Source: Octopus sinensis
Taxonomy: Eukaryota
Direction: 5' to 3'
NCBI RefSeq assembly: GCF_006345805.1
Contig: NC_043026.1
Location: 6,014,001-6,078,000 of the forward strand
DNA: 64,000 nt
The translations under genes and the position numbers were made by a program. Numbering within the stretch: position 1 is the stretch's first letter; each line of letters opens with the position of its first letter. Positions 61,331 to 64,000 of the stretch are shown in pieces. The notes under the pieces were generated by a model, which was given only the letters and a program-made list of their open reading frames with translations, made no database searches and was not told the DNA's origin.

Positions 61331-61865
61331 ATATATATATATATATATACACATGTATACATAGATTTTGAGGTAAAGATTGCTTGCCAAGATAACATGG
61401 CAGTCCTGGTTTAGGACGAATGTTGCTGTAATTTATCCCCAGGTGACATCATCCTCCAGCTGGCTATACGACACGATCTCTGTCCTGATATTTTCGAACC
61501 AGGGACTCAGATCATGTTGTATAGCCAGCTGGGGACGATGTTTTCAGGGGCTAAATTACAGCAACATTCGTCCTAAACCAGGACTGCCATGTTATCATGG
61601 CAAACAATCTTTACTCCAAAGTACTGTTGCTGAACATCTCACATTGGTGTGCTAACGTTTCTGCCAGCTCGCCACTTTTCAGTTTCTGTCTACCCAAGAC
61701 ACACACAAAGTTTTAGCCCAGAGCAATAGTAGAAGACAATCACCAAAGGTGCTACGAAGTAGGACTGAACCCAGGACCATGTGGTTGGAAAGCAAGCTCT
61801 TCAAACGCATAGCTCCCATTGTACCTATGTTTTTTATGTTTTTTTTATGTTTTTCTAATTCCAGT

Positions 61866-62318
61866 ATGTCTGACGGCCCCAAAGAGACCCCTTCTACTCC
61901 TCAAAACAAAGATGCACCTGAAGCAGAAAATGCTCCAATGTCTAAGGATAACAACAATGTGGAGACTGATGTACCAGATGTCCCAGAAGTCCCAGATGTC
62001 CCAGAAGTCACAGATGTCCCAGATGTCACAGATGTCCCAGCTGTACCAGATGTCCCAGATGTCCCAGAAGTCACAAATGTTACAGATGTCCCAGATGTCC
62101 CAGAAGTCACAGATGTCCCAGCTGTACCAGATGTCCCAGCTGTACCAGATGTCACAGATGTCCCAGATGTCCAAGCTGTACCAGATGCACCAACGTCTGA
62201 CAATAACATTGTGAGTGTCCCACCGAATGAGGTACCAAATGTTACTGAAGCATCTACCAGCAACCAGGATGCAGATAAGAAGCTATCAAGCACTGTAGTG
62301 TCTGCAAAATCTGATAAG
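61866..62318 (+). CDS. First coding exon of an unidentified acidic protein with a (D/E/A)V(P/T) tripeptide repeat; gene continues beyond the window
   Basis: Acceptor TTTTCTAATTCCAG| then T-ATG at 61866. 151 open codons end at donor AAG|GTGACC (phase 0). Non-repeat flanks lie on both sides of the repeat, and a candidate upstream non-coding exon ends CAAG|GTAAGC at 60214. Confidence 0.65.
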
Positions 62319-62399
62319 GTGACCATCATTTTTTGGTTTGTATTTTTGTTTGGACACTGGTCAGACCCTGATTGCTAATCAGACTGATAATACTGTGTA

Positions 62400-62757
62400 A
62401 CAATATTTGTTCTTGGGTTGTTGTGTTGTGACCCCCTTCGGTCAGACACTGACCATGGGTTTGCACCTAGAGAGTTACCCTCTGAGGCACAAGTCTGGGC
62501 AAGGTTGTTTTATGGAAGACCAGCAGTCGCCCATGCATACCGGCCTCCCCTCTCCTCGTCACCGATGTTGTCCAAGGGAATGGCAAAGGGGCCGATAAAG
62601 CTTGGCACCTGTGACGTCGCAACTCATTTCTACAGCTGAGTGAACTGGAGTAATGTGAAATAAAGTGTCTTGCTCAAGAACACAACATGCAGCCCGGTCC
62701 GGGATTCGAGCTCACAACCTCACGATCGTAAGCTCGATGCTCTAACCACTGAGCCAC
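62400..62757 (-). mobile_element. tRNA-derived SINE, family G
   Basis: Head TGGCTCAGTGGTTAGAGC...CTCGAATCCC and a GTGTTCTTGAGCAAGACACTT block; related copy at about 18960-19306. Confidence 0.75.
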
Positions 62758-62942
62758 TTGGGTAGCAACAGTTATTTCCTATTTGCTTAACCCTAGAATC
62801 TATGGAAAATGGCAAATATTTCCTTCAAATTTTGCTTTTGTTATATTTATTCAATCCCCAAAGAATCCCTTTCGACACATGGCTATGATGCTCCCCCACT
62901 ACTCCTGCTCTTGATTAGAGATGCACATATTGTCAGCCACTA

Positions 62943-63311
62943 GTGGAGGCGCAATGGCCCAGTGGTTAGGGCAGCGGACTCGCAGTTTTGATTCCCAGAC
63001 CGGGCGTTGTGAGTGTTTATTGAGCGAAAACACCTAAAGCTCCACGAGGCTCCGGCAGGGATGGTGGTGATCCCTGCTGTACTCTTTCACCACAACTTTC
63101 TCTCACTCTTACTTCCTGTTTCTGTTGTACCTGTATTTCAAAGGGCCGGCCTTGTCACTCTCTGTGTCACGCTGAATATCCCCAAGAACTATGTTAAGGG
63201 TACACGTGTCTGTGGAGTGCTCAGCCACTTGCACGTTAATTTCACGAGCAGGCTGTTCCGTTGATCGGATCAACCGGAACCCTCGTCGTCGTAACCGACG
63301 GAGTGCTTCCC
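62943..63311 (+). mobile_element. tRNA-derived SINE, family F, with 14-bp TSD, nested in a family D copy
   Basis: Head TGGAGGCGCAATGGCCCAGTGGTTAG; TSD ATTGTCAGCCACTA at 62929-62942 and 63312-63325. Confidence 0.85.
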
Positions 63312-63612
63312 ATTGTCAGCCACTAAGGGACATAATCAACTGGTTATGGTCAAGCAACTGAGAAGCAAATCTGTGGTATTGAGCAGAATATTTGCTATAA
63401 TGATATTTCTGCTTCAGCAACTCAGCCTTGAGTCTGTCTGAAATGTAAAATGTAAAACTGATTATATGTTTGGGGTCGCTTTGGCTGCAGAGTTCCCTTT
63501 TTTGTACTCATAAAGCATTATGTGCCTTAAATGCTCTTTGGATACTTCCATGTTAGAAGGGGTTTTAATCAAAGAAAATTTTAATTCTATTATTCTGTAA
63601 AATAATATTTAA

Positions 63613-63832
63613 CCCTTTAGCATTTAATCCGGCCATATCCGGCTCAAATATTCCACCTGTTTTATGTTAAAACTGCCTGGATCCAACCTCTCCCGCCTAC
63701 CCTACAATGTCATTTTAAAAATATTTAGCCACACCATTTAAATTTTGAAGTTGCAAAATAATATGTGATTAATTCAAAACAGTATGAATAAATAAGCAAT
63801 AAATTTCACAAAGAAATATGAATGCTAAAGGG
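63613..63832. mobile_element. piggyBac-like MITE (second family)
   Basis: TTAA-CCCTTTAGCATT...AATGCTAAAGGG-TTAA, with a perfect 12-bp TIR. Confidence 0.85.
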
Positions 63833-64000
63833 TTAATTAGTTTAAATGTACACAAATGCATAAAAATAATTTCTAATTCCATCAGACATTCTAAAATACT
63901 ATTAAATTTCATTCAATTTTTAAAAAAAGTAAAATCATACAGAACTTATGGGATGACCTGATACAAACACACACTCACACACACACACACACACACACAC

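Noticed and set aside
61819-62329. Alternative-frame ORFs (MSQMSQK, SGTSVT, WDIWDI repeats)
   Set aside because: By-products of the 9-bp repeat. Only the DVP frame has an ATG right after the acceptor and an in-phase donor.

Overview
AT-rich eukaryotic genomic DNA, dense in microsatellites and tRNA-derived SINEs; the repeat families suggest an octopus/cephalopod genome (inference). Hand-built splice models support: TMEM267 (+, 2 coding exons, 239 aa); FBXO4 (-, 6 coding exons, ~405 aa); an intronless 760-aa TFIIIA/GTF3A with four extra C-terminal zinc fingers (+); WDR61/SKI8 (+, 10 located coding exons, one intron U12-type); one intact tRNA-Cys(GCA) (-); and the first coding exon of an unidentified protein with a (D/E)VP repeat that continues beyond the window. 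Repeats include several SINE families (one forming head-plus-n-body multimers), RTE and R4/Dong LINE 3' ends, hAT, piggyBac and Helitron-type non-autonomous elements, minimal Penelope-type hammerhead ribozyme motifs, long hairpins, minisatellites, and a ~480-bp variant telomeric array just upstream of FBXO4. Most ORFs in the supplied track are microsatellite or SINE artefacts. Family names come from recalled motifs, not database searches, and repeat boundaries are approximate.
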